In this document: positions 6,618 to 13,787 of the stretch, piece by piece
Position numbering within the stretch: position 1 is the first letter of the stretch
Layout of the letters: each line of letters opens with the position of its first letter
Made by a program: the position numbers and the translations under genes
The notes under the pieces: model-generated
What the model saw: only the letters and a program-made list of their open reading frames with translations
What the model was told of the DNA's origin: nothing
Database searches by the model: none
Source of the DNA: Dubosiella newyorkensis
Lineage (GTDB): Bacteria; Bacillota_I; Bacilli_A; Erysipelotrichales; Erysipelotrichaceae
Assembly: GCF_001945605.1 (NCBI RefSeq)
Contig: NZ_MPKA01000062.1
Coordinates: forward strand, 1-32,000
Length of the DNA: 32,000 nucleotides
Direction: 5' to 3'

Positions 6618-9012
6618 GTATTTCGGCTTTCTTGATAATTTTAGATGTTTTTCTTTCCGACATCATCCAACATGTGATTATTGAGCTAAGAAAATCTGGG
6701 TGATCCTCATCATTATTTAACCTTAACACAGCAAGGATATATTTACCTTCTGATTCAAAACGCTTTAATATCTTTCCTGTATTTTCTTTTTTATCTGCAA
6801 GAATATAATCTGGATCTTTTAAAGCCGTACATAGCTCACCCATAACCAACTTGTAAGCTTCAGGGTGCCTTTCAAGAATATGCCTTTTTTGTTCTCCGGT
6901 TATGATTATTTTATCTTCTCTAATTTCTCCCTTGATATTCAATAGAGCTTGCTTATTAAATTCAATAAAATAACTGGGCAATCTAACCTCTTTTATCCAT
7001 TGAAGAAGGGTTAATTGATGTAGATCAACCTCTTTTTTCCACTTCTCCCTTTCACTATTCCAATCCCTCCAACTCAGCCCGTGCTTGTCATATGTCTCGG
7101 TCCACTCGTCGAATAGTTTGACCTCTTCGTCGCTCACACCGAAATCCGTGCGCTCGATATAAGCAGAAGTAGAACATCTGCAATTACTAGTTACAAAACC
7201 GTTAGCAATGTATAATGTAGATAAACAGGAGGCATCATATACATGACCAGAAAAAGGCACAACATTGATGAAATCAACGTTATCGAACTTTACAAAAGTG
7301 GGAAAACAGTCAACGAAATTTCTAATATTTACGGCGTTCATAGATACACGATCGAAAGGATTATGAAAGCCAATGGAGTCAAATTGCCTGGAGTCCGTAT
7401 CGATCTCGACAGTACTAAGATCGCCGACCTTTATGTTTCCGGAATGAGCGAAAAAGCCATTTCCGAGCAATTCGGAGTAAGTCGCCCCACGATTCGTAGA
7501 CGACTCCTTGATTCTGGTGTCATAATCAGAACTCAAACGCAGGCTAACCAACTCATGATGAGTAAGAGAACCCGAGAAGAGAATATCCGCAACTCTGAGG
7601 CCGCCCATAATGCCATCAGAGGTTATACCTATTCCAGTGAGGAACTTTGACAACGAGCTTTCAAAAGGCAAAAATCTTTCGTTCAATTTGATAGTGCCTA
7701 CGAGGCTTCTATCGCTGATGAACTTAGAAAAAGAGGAATTAAGTTTATCCCTCAATTCGCCATTGATAAATACAATGTCGATTTCGCTATCGGGGATTAC
7801 ATCGCCCTTGAGGTCTACGGAGGTCACTGGCATTCGAAAGGTCGTCATGCTATTCGATTTAACGATCGAAGCAAAAAGATTTTCGATAGTGGTAGAGCTA
7901 TCGTGATTTGCTGGTTCACCAATAACATCACTACCGACATTACCGCAATAACGGACTACCTTATCTCCCTTGATAAGGTTCTTCGCTTTGACCCAGCCTC
8001 TCGCTGTAAGCATTATGTGATTAGGTGTGACGGTAAGTCGAGCTCCATCGGCCGTTCTAATCTCGACTACATCTCCTGAATATTCGCTTTTCATAATCGC
8101 CTCTGCATCAGGGGCGATTATTTGCGTGTCAGGCAAAACACAATTCGGATGCATAGGCGGAGCGTTCACGCCTGGCTGCATATCCTTCATGTCAAAATGT
8201 TTCCCGTTGATCGCTAAACAATGCGGGCAAGCCGTCCCTAGGGAATGGAACGTATATTGATCGAATCCGTTTTCTTCAAACGATCGGCGCTGCGCTTCCG
8301 TTTGAACCCGTGCCATTTCTGTGATCATCAAACGGTTCGCGTCGTATACGCTCGATTTTATCTTTTTTCGAAGCGTCCGCGCCAATTCTTTTGGATTGCG
8401 TCCCTGAATGAGTCCGGTCGATAAAAGGTTCCCCAGCTCGTTTCTTAATATATCCTGGTGCTTCCAGATCCGGTCGCTCCAAGTCGCGTTGTGAAAGCTG
8501 GCGTTCACGATCGAATGTGCGTAGCGGGCATTGTCATGGACCGTACGACCTAATATACCGGCTTGCCGTTTGAACGTCTCGATCGTGCGCTTGGTCAGCT
8601 TCTCTTCAAAGAAACGCTGCAGTTCGTCGAAGCCGCCGACCAGATGCATTCCGATGTTGGCTTTCAACAGCTCCAGCCGGTTCACCTTCATCGTGAGATT
8701 GTAAAGTCTCATCTCTTCATTGGCCTGATCGGAGAAATTTTTCTCGGCCACATACTTTTTAGCGAGCTCGGCATACGTTTTTATATCCAGTTTAGAGACT
8801 CTTTTTTTCGCTTCTGCATAGGTGATTCCCTCTTTTGTGGCGTATCGAGTGTAGAAATTGTTGATCTGGATCTCGATTTCATTCATCATCTGTCGGTAGA
8901 TGCGTTCGATCTCTTGGCTGTATGTCTTCTCTTCTTGGATATTGTGTTTCCGCTGCTCTTCTTCCCGCTCGCGCCAATAGTCGGCGCTACTTTTCGATTC
9001 CGGCTTCGCCAT
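6601..9012 (-). CDS. MuF / SPP1 gp7-family minor head protein, interrupted by an intein and fused to a C-terminal PBECR-type toxin-like nuclease domain
   Basis: N-terminal part: ...ITEMARVQTEAQRRSFEENGFDQYTFHSLGTACPHCLAINGKHF...APPMHPN|C (MuF domain). C-extein: CRCSTSAY.... C-terminus: ...IIITGEQKRHILERHPEAYKLV...DPDYIL...YILAVLRL (PBECR-like). Follows the portal gene. Confidence 0.85.
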   Translation of the reverse strand: MAKPESKSSADYWREREEEQRKHNIQEEKTYSQEIERIYRQMMNEIEIQINNFYTRYATKEGITYAEAKKRVSKLDIKTYAELAKKYVAEKNFSDQANEEMRLYNLTMKVNRLELLKANIGMHLVGGFDELQRFFEEKLTKRTIETFKRQAGILGRTVHDNARYAHSIVNASFHNATWSDRIWKHQDILRNELGNLLSTGLIQGRNPKELARTLRKKIKSSVYDANRLMITEMARVQTEAQRRSFEENGFDQYTFHSLGTACPHCLAINGKHFDMKDMQPGVNAPPMHPNCVLPDTQIIAPDAEAIMKSEYSGDVVEIRTADGARLTVTPNHIMLTARGWVKAKNLIKGDKVVRYCGNVGSDVIGEPANHDSSTTIENLFASIVKSNSMTTFRMPVTSVDLKGDVIPDSEIDIVFINGELRDKLNSSFSKFISDRSLVGTIKLNERFLPFESSLSKFLTGIGITSDGIMGGLRVADILFSGSLTHHELVSLRLSSDYDTRIKESSTNRGATYSELLGNGFFAHSGNIKVGDLSTVEIDTDSRQFDSIGFHNPFDRVSMNAVNIRNFVDCFPTFVKFDNVDFINVVPFSGHVYDASCLSTLYIANGFVTSNCRCSTSAYIERTDFGVSDEEVKLFDEWTETYDKHGLSWRDWNSEREKWKKEVDLHQLTLLQWIKEVRLPSYFIEFNKQALLNIKGEIREDKIIITGEQKRHILERHPEAYKLVMGELCTALKDPDYILADKKENTGKILKRFESEGKYILAVLRLNNDEDHPDFLSSIITCWMMSERKTSKIIKKAEILYSKK
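7243..7650 (+). CDS. Antisense-nested ORF, part 1: double helix-turn-helix DNA-binding module (homing-endonuclease-type targeting domain)
   Basis: AGGAGG at 7227-7232 and TATAAT at 7211-7216. Two repeats: INVIELYKSGKTVNEISNIYGVHRYTIERIMKANGV and KIADLYVSGMSEKAISEQFGVSRPTIRRRLLDSGV. Ends at an in-frame TGA (7648-7650). Confidence 0.7.
   Translation: MTRKRHNIDEINVIELYKSGKTVNEISNIYGVHRYTIERIMKANGVKLPGVRIDLDSTKIADLYVSGMSEKAISEQFGVSRPTIRRRLLDSGVIIRTQTQANQLMMSKRTREENIRNSEAAHNAIRGYTYSSEEL
7651..8079 (+). pseudogene. Antisense-nested ORF, part 2: Vsr/DUF559-like PD-(D/E)xK nuclease segment, same frame as part 1, with no start codon of its own
   Basis: SAYEASIADELRKRGIKFIPQFAIDKYNVDFAIGDYIALEVYGGHWHSKGRHAIRFNDRSKKIFDSGRAIVICWF fits the DUF559/Vsr-like pattern (E..L...G...Q....Y..DF......ALEV.G..WH......D..R...L...G..V). 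Open from the TGA to the stop at 8077-8079. Confidence 0.6.
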
Positions 9013-10396
9013 CGTCTACTTCCTCATGATCGTGTTCCGCAAAAAGTCCCTGGATGAGCTCGCTGTCCTTCGTCTCTTCTTCCTGGATCCGTTCCAATTC
9101 GGCGTCCGGATCGTCGACATAGGATAGCAGCGAAAGCTGGGTCCGTTTGGATACAAGGCCTTCGGCATCCTTTGCGATCGAAGTCTCTTCTGCCCGGTTG
9201 TTCGGGATATTTCTAGATGTCGTGATCACGATTTCTTTCCAAGCATCCGGATCGGGCACGTTTGTAGCCAGCGAACAGAAGATCTTGTACCGCTTTTTCA
9301 GCGATTTTTCAATTTTTCGATCAAATCCAAGCGCCAGATTGCTCATGGCCTGCAGCTTGTAGGCCAGTGAAACTCCGCTGGTCGCGTTGCCGTAAGCTTC
9401 ATCGCTGATGTTTGCGACCATCGAGATCTGATAGATCTGCTTCTCCAGCCGATCGAGGAGGTTTTCTTGTGTTCCGTCTGCCGTGGGTTTGGTCAAAAAC
9501 TGGACCACGACGTCCGAGGCGTTGTCTGTACCGTAAAAATTAATGACTCTCTCGTCCCGGATGCGTTTTACGTTATCCTCGTCGACTTCGGCTCCCAGGA
9601 TCGCTAGATAAGCCTCTGCGAATGCCTCTACATCGTTTGCTTTTTCAGAGATCACGCGGTTATACTCTTCGATCAGTCCGCCCACTGTTTCGAACAATCC
9701 GATCCGCTCGTCATTGAGACGGTATTCAACCACAGGAATGTATCCGTAGGGATTTTCTTGCGTATCTTCTTTCTTTTCGCCATCGAACGCGATGATCGAG
9801 TCTCTCGTAAGGATCTCGCCATACATATCGCCAAGATTTTGATCGTTGCTGGTTTGGCTGTTGTTTTCGTGATAGCCGTAGCGCACCGCGAACAAGGCGC
9901 GCTGCTTCAACGTATCGTCATAGACCACAAACAACTCGTCTGGTTTGACGGCCGTCATTTTTGTTTGACTCTTCTCGTCCTGGTAGAGATATTCGAAAGC
10001 ATGACCAAAAATACAAACATATTTCAAGAGCTCGAACTCATGATCCGAGATCTCATTGGCATCTTCGAATGCAGTGATCGTGTCCAAAACGGTCTGATCG
10101 GGATGTGTCTTCTTGATCCGGTTGCCATAAGCATAGCCCATGAAGGTGTCGGTAATGTAACGGGGGAAATTGGCCACAAGCCGGTTGTCCGGTTTCCAAT
10201 TCGGCTTGTTTGGAGAAAAAAAGATATCGTGAAACCCTTTGTACATCATCTCCAGGTACCGATATCTTTGTTTTCGTTTGTTATGCAGTTTGATATATTC
10301 TTCGACCAGCTCCATCGATATGCCGTTTTGGATACGGCTTGGATCGCATACAAGCGGATCCGGAAGCTGATAGGGGTTTTTTGATCGTGTCATCAT
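8987..10396 (-). CDS. Portal protein (SPP1 gp6-like)
   Basis: 469 aa between TerL and MuF. ATGA overlap with the TerL stop. N-terminal region YLEMMYKGFHDIF...KPDNRLVANFPRYITDTFMGY is typical of SPP1-type portals. Confidence 0.85.
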   Translation of the reverse strand: MMTRSKNPYQLPDPLVCDPSRIQNGISMELVEEYIKLHNKRKQRYRYLEMMYKGFHDIFFSPNKPNWKPDNRLVANFPRYITDTFMGYAYGNRIKKTHPDQTVLDTITAFEDANEISDHEFELLKYVCIFGHAFEYLYQDEKSQTKMTAVKPDELFVVYDDTLKQRALFAVRYGYHENNSQTSNDQNLGDMYGEILTRDSIIAFDGEKKEDTQENPYGYIPVVEYRLNDERIGLFETVGGLIEEYNRVISEKANDVEAFAEAYLAILGAEVDEDNVKRIRDERVINFYGTDNASDVVVQFLTKPTADGTQENLLDRLEKQIYQISMVANISDEAYGNATSGVSLAYKLQAMSNLALGFDRKIEKSLKKRYKIFCSLATNVPDPDAWKEIVITTSRNIPNNRAEETSIAKDAEGLVSKRTQLSLLSYVDDPDAELERIQEEETKDSELIQGLFAEHDHEEVDDGEAGIEK

Positions 10397-11640
10397 ATTC
10401 CTCCTTTGAACGTTTTCAATTTTGGGCTTCCTTTCGAGAAGCGCTCGACGCTGTATCGCATCGCGTCCATCAAATGGTTAAAATCATCGATCGGACGGTT
10501 GATCGTTTTGCCAAACCGGTCCTTATCCCACGTATAGTTGGAAATTTCCGTAATGAAATGGACGCAGCGCGGATGGACAAGGATCTCATAGTCCTGGATG
10601 AACTGGATCCCGTGATTGATGGAGTCGGGTCCTTTGACCGAAGCTGCCACACGGAGGCCGTACCCTCTCAGCTCATCGATCGATTTGGGTTCGGCGCTGT
10701 CCGCCACGATCTTCTTCTTGGCGTAGCCTGACTTCGTCACTTCTTCATAGATCTTTCGGTTGGTCAGTCCTTTTTTGTATACTTCATCCCAAACGAAGAT
10801 CTTCTTTCTCTTCTGATCGATAAATCCGATAAAGAGGGCTGCCGGATCGTTCGAGTATCCAAAGTCCAGCCCATTGATCGATTCGCACTGCTGAACGTCA
10901 TCGAGCGTGAACTCGGCCTCCTGCCAGTTCTCGAATACCAGCCCTTCCACGATCCCCCAATGACCAAGACCGGCTACCTGATAGCGTCTTGGATTATTTT
11001 TCTTCATATCCTCGAACAGCTTCAGATCGGCTTCGTCGAGCCATTCGTTGCATTGATAGTTGGTCGTGATCGCCAGCACATTTGGATCCGGTGTATCGAA
11101 GAAACGCTTCTTGATCCAATGGTGTTCGTTCCACGGATTCAGAGTCAAGGTCCATTGTTTCCAAAGGCCTTTTGGAAGCTCTCCTCGGATCGACTCGTCA
11201 AGCATGTTGAAATCGTCCTCGCTCATGAGCTCATATGCTTCTTCGATCCATCCCCAGCAGAGAACGCCTACCGATACAGTGATCGATGTGACTTTAAGCG
11301 GATCATCCAGGCCCCGGAACAAGATCTTCTGCCCCGTCGGCTTGTAAGTGGCTTCGAGAGGGGAAAGTTTGAAATCCCAAAGGTGCGCCACATGCAGCCG
11401 TTCGCACGCCCACTGCAGATCGGTGAAGCAGCTGTCTTTGAGTGTCCGATACGTCTTCCGGACCACCAGCAGGTTGGATCCTGGATATTTCATTAAGTTG
11501 TAAATAAACCATAGAGCCGTAGTCTTGGATTTTTTGGACGCGCGGGATCCTTTTACTACCCGGTATCTGCCACGAAAGTCCCAAAACTGTTTGTATCCTC
11601 TGCCGACCAGATTTGGAAGATATACGGTCCTAGTCTTCAA
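10393..11640 (-). CDS. terL: Terminase large subunit (PBSX/XtmB-like)
   Basis: 415 aa. N-terminal ATPase region ...YRVVKGSRASKKSKTTALWFIY..., C-terminal nuclease region ending ...IDDFNHLMDAMRYS. Follows terS. Confidence 0.9.
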   Translation of the reverse strand: MKTRTVYLPNLVGRGYKQFWDFRGRYRVVKGSRASKKSKTTALWFIYNLMKYPGSNLLVVRKTYRTLKDSCFTDLQWACERLHVAHLWDFKLSPLEATYKPTGQKILFRGLDDPLKVTSITVSVGVLCWGWIEEAYELMSEDDFNMLDESIRGELPKGLWKQWTLTLNPWNEHHWIKKRFFDTPDPNVLAITTNYQCNEWLDEADLKLFEDMKKNNPRRYQVAGLGHWGIVEGLVFENWQEAEFTLDDVQQCESINGLDFGYSNDPAALFIGFIDQKRKKIFVWDEVYKKGLTNRKIYEEVTKSGYAKKKIVADSAEPKSIDELRGYGLRVAASVKGPDSINHGIQFIQDYEILVHPRCVHFITEISNYTWDKDRFGKTINRPIDDFNHLMDAMRYSVERFSKGSPKLKTFKGGI

Positions 11641-12046
11641 GGTCGGACTCTCCTGTAAAGACAGGAACCTCGATCGAGAGGTTTACGTTCTTTTCAAAAG
11701 CTCCATACGATCTAGCCAGCAGCTCCGCCGCTTTGTTCCGCTCCTTCGTGTTCGATCGAAGAAGTTCGATATCTCCGTTCATCGTAAGAACTTCATCTTT
11801 CTGCTCTCCGCGCATTACAGCCGTCAAGTATTCCATGACTTCCTGGATATCGGCAGTATTCTCGTCGTGGATCTCCTGCATCCGCTGTTCTTTATAGGCT
11901 TTGACGTCCGGTTTGGAAAGAAGCCGGTTCCCTGCCGAGCGGGCGACCGAATCGCTTCGAACAGTCTTGTAGACTTTTTTATAGGCTCTGGTCACATTCA
12001 TGCATTTCAGATACTCATCAACGAACAGCTTTTGTTTGTCAGTCAT
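11630..12046 (-). CDS. terS: Terminase small subunit (Terminase_2/P27-like)
   Basis: ATG at 12046 after GGAGGGGG. Sequence MTDKQKLFVDEYLKCMNVTRAYKKVY...SAGNRLLSKPDVKAYKEQRM. Confidence 0.8.
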   Translation of the reverse strand: MTDKQKLFVDEYLKCMNVTRAYKKVYKTVRSDSVARSAGNRLLSKPDVKAYKEQRMQEIHDENTADIQEVMEYLTAVMRGEQKDEVLTMNGDIELLRSNTKERNKAAELLARSYGAFEKNVNLSIEVPVFTGESDLED

Positions 12047-12080
12047 GGAACCCCCTCCTTTCCTTTCATAGTCCGCATCC

Positions 12081-12107
12081 AAAAGAAAAGCGCCCAAGTT
12101 GGACGCT
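12081..12107 (-). terminator. Candidate terminator between mazF and terS
   Basis: - strand: AGCGTCC-AACTT-GGGCGCT (7 bp, one G-U) followed by TTTCTTTTGG. Confidence 0.45.
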
Positions 12108-12159
12108 ATCTAAACTTTATAATGATTTTGTTTGCATTTCTAAGCTATCTGATTTACTA

Positions 12160-12495
12160 TCAAATCAGAAAAAGTTGAATAATATTTTTTACGCTCTCGA
12201 GGATGTTTGGTGGACACTCCTCTATTTTTTTTGCGTTTCTGGCATCCAAGTCCATTGCCCGGACGTGTTCGCAAAAAATTTTCCCTTTCACATCCTTTGT
12301 TCCTTCTAGAGCAATGTGCAAAGGGAAATCTTTGTTGTTTGTAGAAATAGGACAAACCAAGTACATCCCTGTTTTTTGGTGGTATGTGTCATTTGACACA
12401 ATTACTCCGGGGCGATGCCCTCGTTGTTCGTGCCCTTTAGTTGGACTAAATTCTAAAAATATAATATCTCCTTCCGTAAAATTCGTTTTATTCAT
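12160..12495 (-). CDS. mazF: MazF/PemK-family type II toxin endoribonuclease
   Basis: GDIIFLEFSPTKGHEQRGHRPGVIVSND...LVCPISTNNKDFPLHIAL is the typical PemK/MazF signature. 111 aa. Confidence 0.85.
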   Translation of the reverse strand: MNKTNFTEGDIIFLEFSPTKGHEQRGHRPGVIVSNDTYHQKTGMYLVCPISTNNKDFPLHIALEGTKDVKGKIFCEHVRAMDLDARNAKKIEECPPNILESVKNIIQLFLI

Positions 12496-12510
12496 AAATC
12501 TCCTTTCTCT

Positions 12511-12783
12511 TTATATGGATTCTTTTCCTTCATAATCCATACCTTCCCAAGCCTCCATCTCATCTCCGAATAGTTCTTGATAAGATGGGCCTGAATAACT
12601 AGCAAACAAATCTTTTAAAGTTTTGATCTTTTTTGGTTTAGCAGGTGTTAATACGATTTTATCGCCCTCCACCTCTAACAGCAGTTCATCGCCGATATCA
12701 ATCGACAGTAAATTCAATATAGCTTGTGGCAACCTAACGCCTCTACCGTTGCCCCATTTTGCTACGGTAAGTCCTTTCGTCAT
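12511..12783 (-). CDS. mazE: MazE/AbrB(SpoVT)-fold antitoxin
   Basis: VAKWGNGRGVRLPQAILNLLSIDIGDELLLEVEGDKIVLTP is a swapped-hairpin AbrB/MazE motif. Immediately upstream of mazF. Confidence 0.8.
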   Translation of the reverse strand: MTKGLTVAKWGNGRGVRLPQAILNLLSIDIGDELLLEVEGDKIVLTPAKPKKIKTLKDLFASYSGPSYQELFGDEMEAWEGMDYEGKESI

Positions 12784-12821
12784 TTATAAATCCTCCTTCA
12801 AAATTTATACCTTGTATAGAC

Positions 12822-12849
12822 ATTGTATCATTTTCTTGTGTTTATACAA
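12822..12849 (-). promoter_or_regulatory. Candidate mazEF promoter
   Basis: - strand: TTGTAT (12849-12844), 16 nt, TACAAT (12827-12822). TGTAT/ATACA repeats around it may be operator sites. Confidence 0.5.
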
Positions 12850-12939
12850 AGTAAAAACAATCTTTTTTATGTTTTTGTTAACGTCATCTATGTTTCATGT
12901 AAATGAAAAAGCCGAAAATCAACAGACTCCCGACTTGAT

Positions 12940-12979
12940 CACGCATCGACACGCATCGACACGCATGTTCACGCATCGA
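12940..12979. repeat. Four tandem 10-bp repeats (CACGCATCGA x2, CACGCATGTT, CACGCATCGA)
   Basis: Read directly from the sequence. The period is about one helical turn. Intergenic. Confidence 0.9.
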
Positions 12980-13027
12980 ATAGCACTTGGCTTTTCCGGT
13001 GCTCTTTTTACATTTCTTGATGATACT

Positions 13028-13036
13028 ATTATAGCA
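13028..13036 (-). promoter_or_regulatory. Extended -10 element (TGcTATAAT) pointing toward the 10-bp repeats
   Basis: The - strand reads GGTGCTATAATAG just downstream of the DUF2335 terminator. Confidence 0.35.
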
Positions 13037-13068
13037 CCTTGACACGGTTCACTAGTGTACTCTTTCAG

Positions 13069-13103
13069 AAAAAAAATAACCGGAAGTCGATCGACTCCCG
13101 GTT
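13069..13103 (-). terminator. Strong rho-independent terminator after the DUF2335 gene
   Basis: - strand: AACCGGGAGTCGATCGACTTCCGGTT (about 10-12 bp stem, one G-U) followed by ATTTTTTTT. Confidence 0.7.
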
Positions 13104-13587
13104 ACTTATCTCCATCCTTATCGGATCCTTGGTATCTCCCGCTAATAAAAATAAATACCAGCGTCGCCGCCGCGCCGACAAGAGTTGTAAAGCCTTCAAG
13201 AGCGCGCCCCTGCGATAAGAGGAACATCCCCCCGCCCAGCACAATCAGTGCTATTATAAAGCCCATAAACTGACCACGTTTCTTCGTTTTCGCATCTTCT
13301 CGAAGCATATACGTAGCGTTTACCAATCTTGCTTCCTGCTCTTTTTCCGCCATAGCAATTATCCGATCCGCTGCATCGGGGTGGGCCTCATTGTACTTGA
13401 TCAGTTCAGAAGCCGGAGGAAGAGGGCCTTCATATATTTGACTGCTCTCCTCATAGCGTTCTATAACTAAGTTTCGTTGTCGAGGTGAAAGCTTATCAAT
13501 CTCGGCTTCAACCTGCTGAATCTCACTATCCTGCTCAGTCGGCGTAAGCGGTTCATTATCCGTTTTTGTATTGTCTTTCATAATCAT
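13102..13587 (-). CDS. DUF2335-type membrane protein
   Basis: YEGPLPPASELIKYNEAHPDAADRIIAMAEKEQEAR matches the DUF2335 core (..GPLP.P..L..Y....P.AADRII.MAEKEQ..R). Two C-terminal TM helices. Confidence 0.7.
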   Translation of the reverse strand: MIMKDNTKTDNEPLTPTEQDSEIQQVEAEIDKLSPRQRNLVIERYEESSQIYEGPLPPASELIKYNEAHPDAADRIIAMAEKEQEARLVNATYMLREDAKTKKRGQFMGFIIALIVLGGGMFLLSQGRALEGFTTLVGAAATLVFIFISGRYQGSDKDGDK

Positions 13588-13765
13588 TCATCGCCCATTT
13601 CAAGGACTTCCCTACATTCTCCCAATCTTTCTGGATCTGTTTGGCGTCCTGCCTTCTTCCAGCTACATTCGGCAATTTTAAAGGCTGCGGCCAAATGACC
13701 ATAAAAGAAGCCAAACCTGAAATAAACGCTTTCTTTAACTCTCTTTTAAAAGTATTCTGTTTCAT
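13556..13765 (-). CDS. Small hypothetical protein, first gene of the DUF2335 cassette
   Basis: 69 aa. SD AAGGAGG before the ATG at 13765. Has its own promoter candidate upstream. Confidence 0.45.
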   Translation of the reverse strand: MKQNTFKRELKKAFISGLASFMVIWPQPLKLPNVAGRRQDAKQIQKDWENVGKSLKWAMNDYERQYKNG

Positions 13766-13787
13766 AATTTAACCTCCTTGTACACAT

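Larger units (their letters stand above)
7183..8142 (-). mobile_element. Class-1 intein (320 codons) inserted in the HPN|CRC motif of the MuF gene
   Basis: Block A CVLPDTQIIA, block B RLTVTPNHIMLTARGWVKAKNLIKGDKV, blocks F/G FSGHVYDASCLSTLYIANGFVTSN|C. Removing it restores ...APPMHPN-CRCSTS. Confidence 0.8.

Noticed and set aside
7612-7644. FLTGIGITSDG in the sense (-) frame of the intein, faintly resembling a LAGLIDADG motif.
   Set aside because: There is one copy only, the spacing does not fit L-A-G-L-I-D-A-D-G, and no second motif or surrounding alpha/beta pattern is present. The region is better explained as the antisense of the + strand HTH/nuclease ORF.
12940-12979. Tandem repeats considered as a possible CRISPR array or attachment site.
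   Set aside because: The units are 10 bp and directly abutting with no spacers, and there are only four copies. This is not CRISPR-like, and no matching second site is seen in the window.
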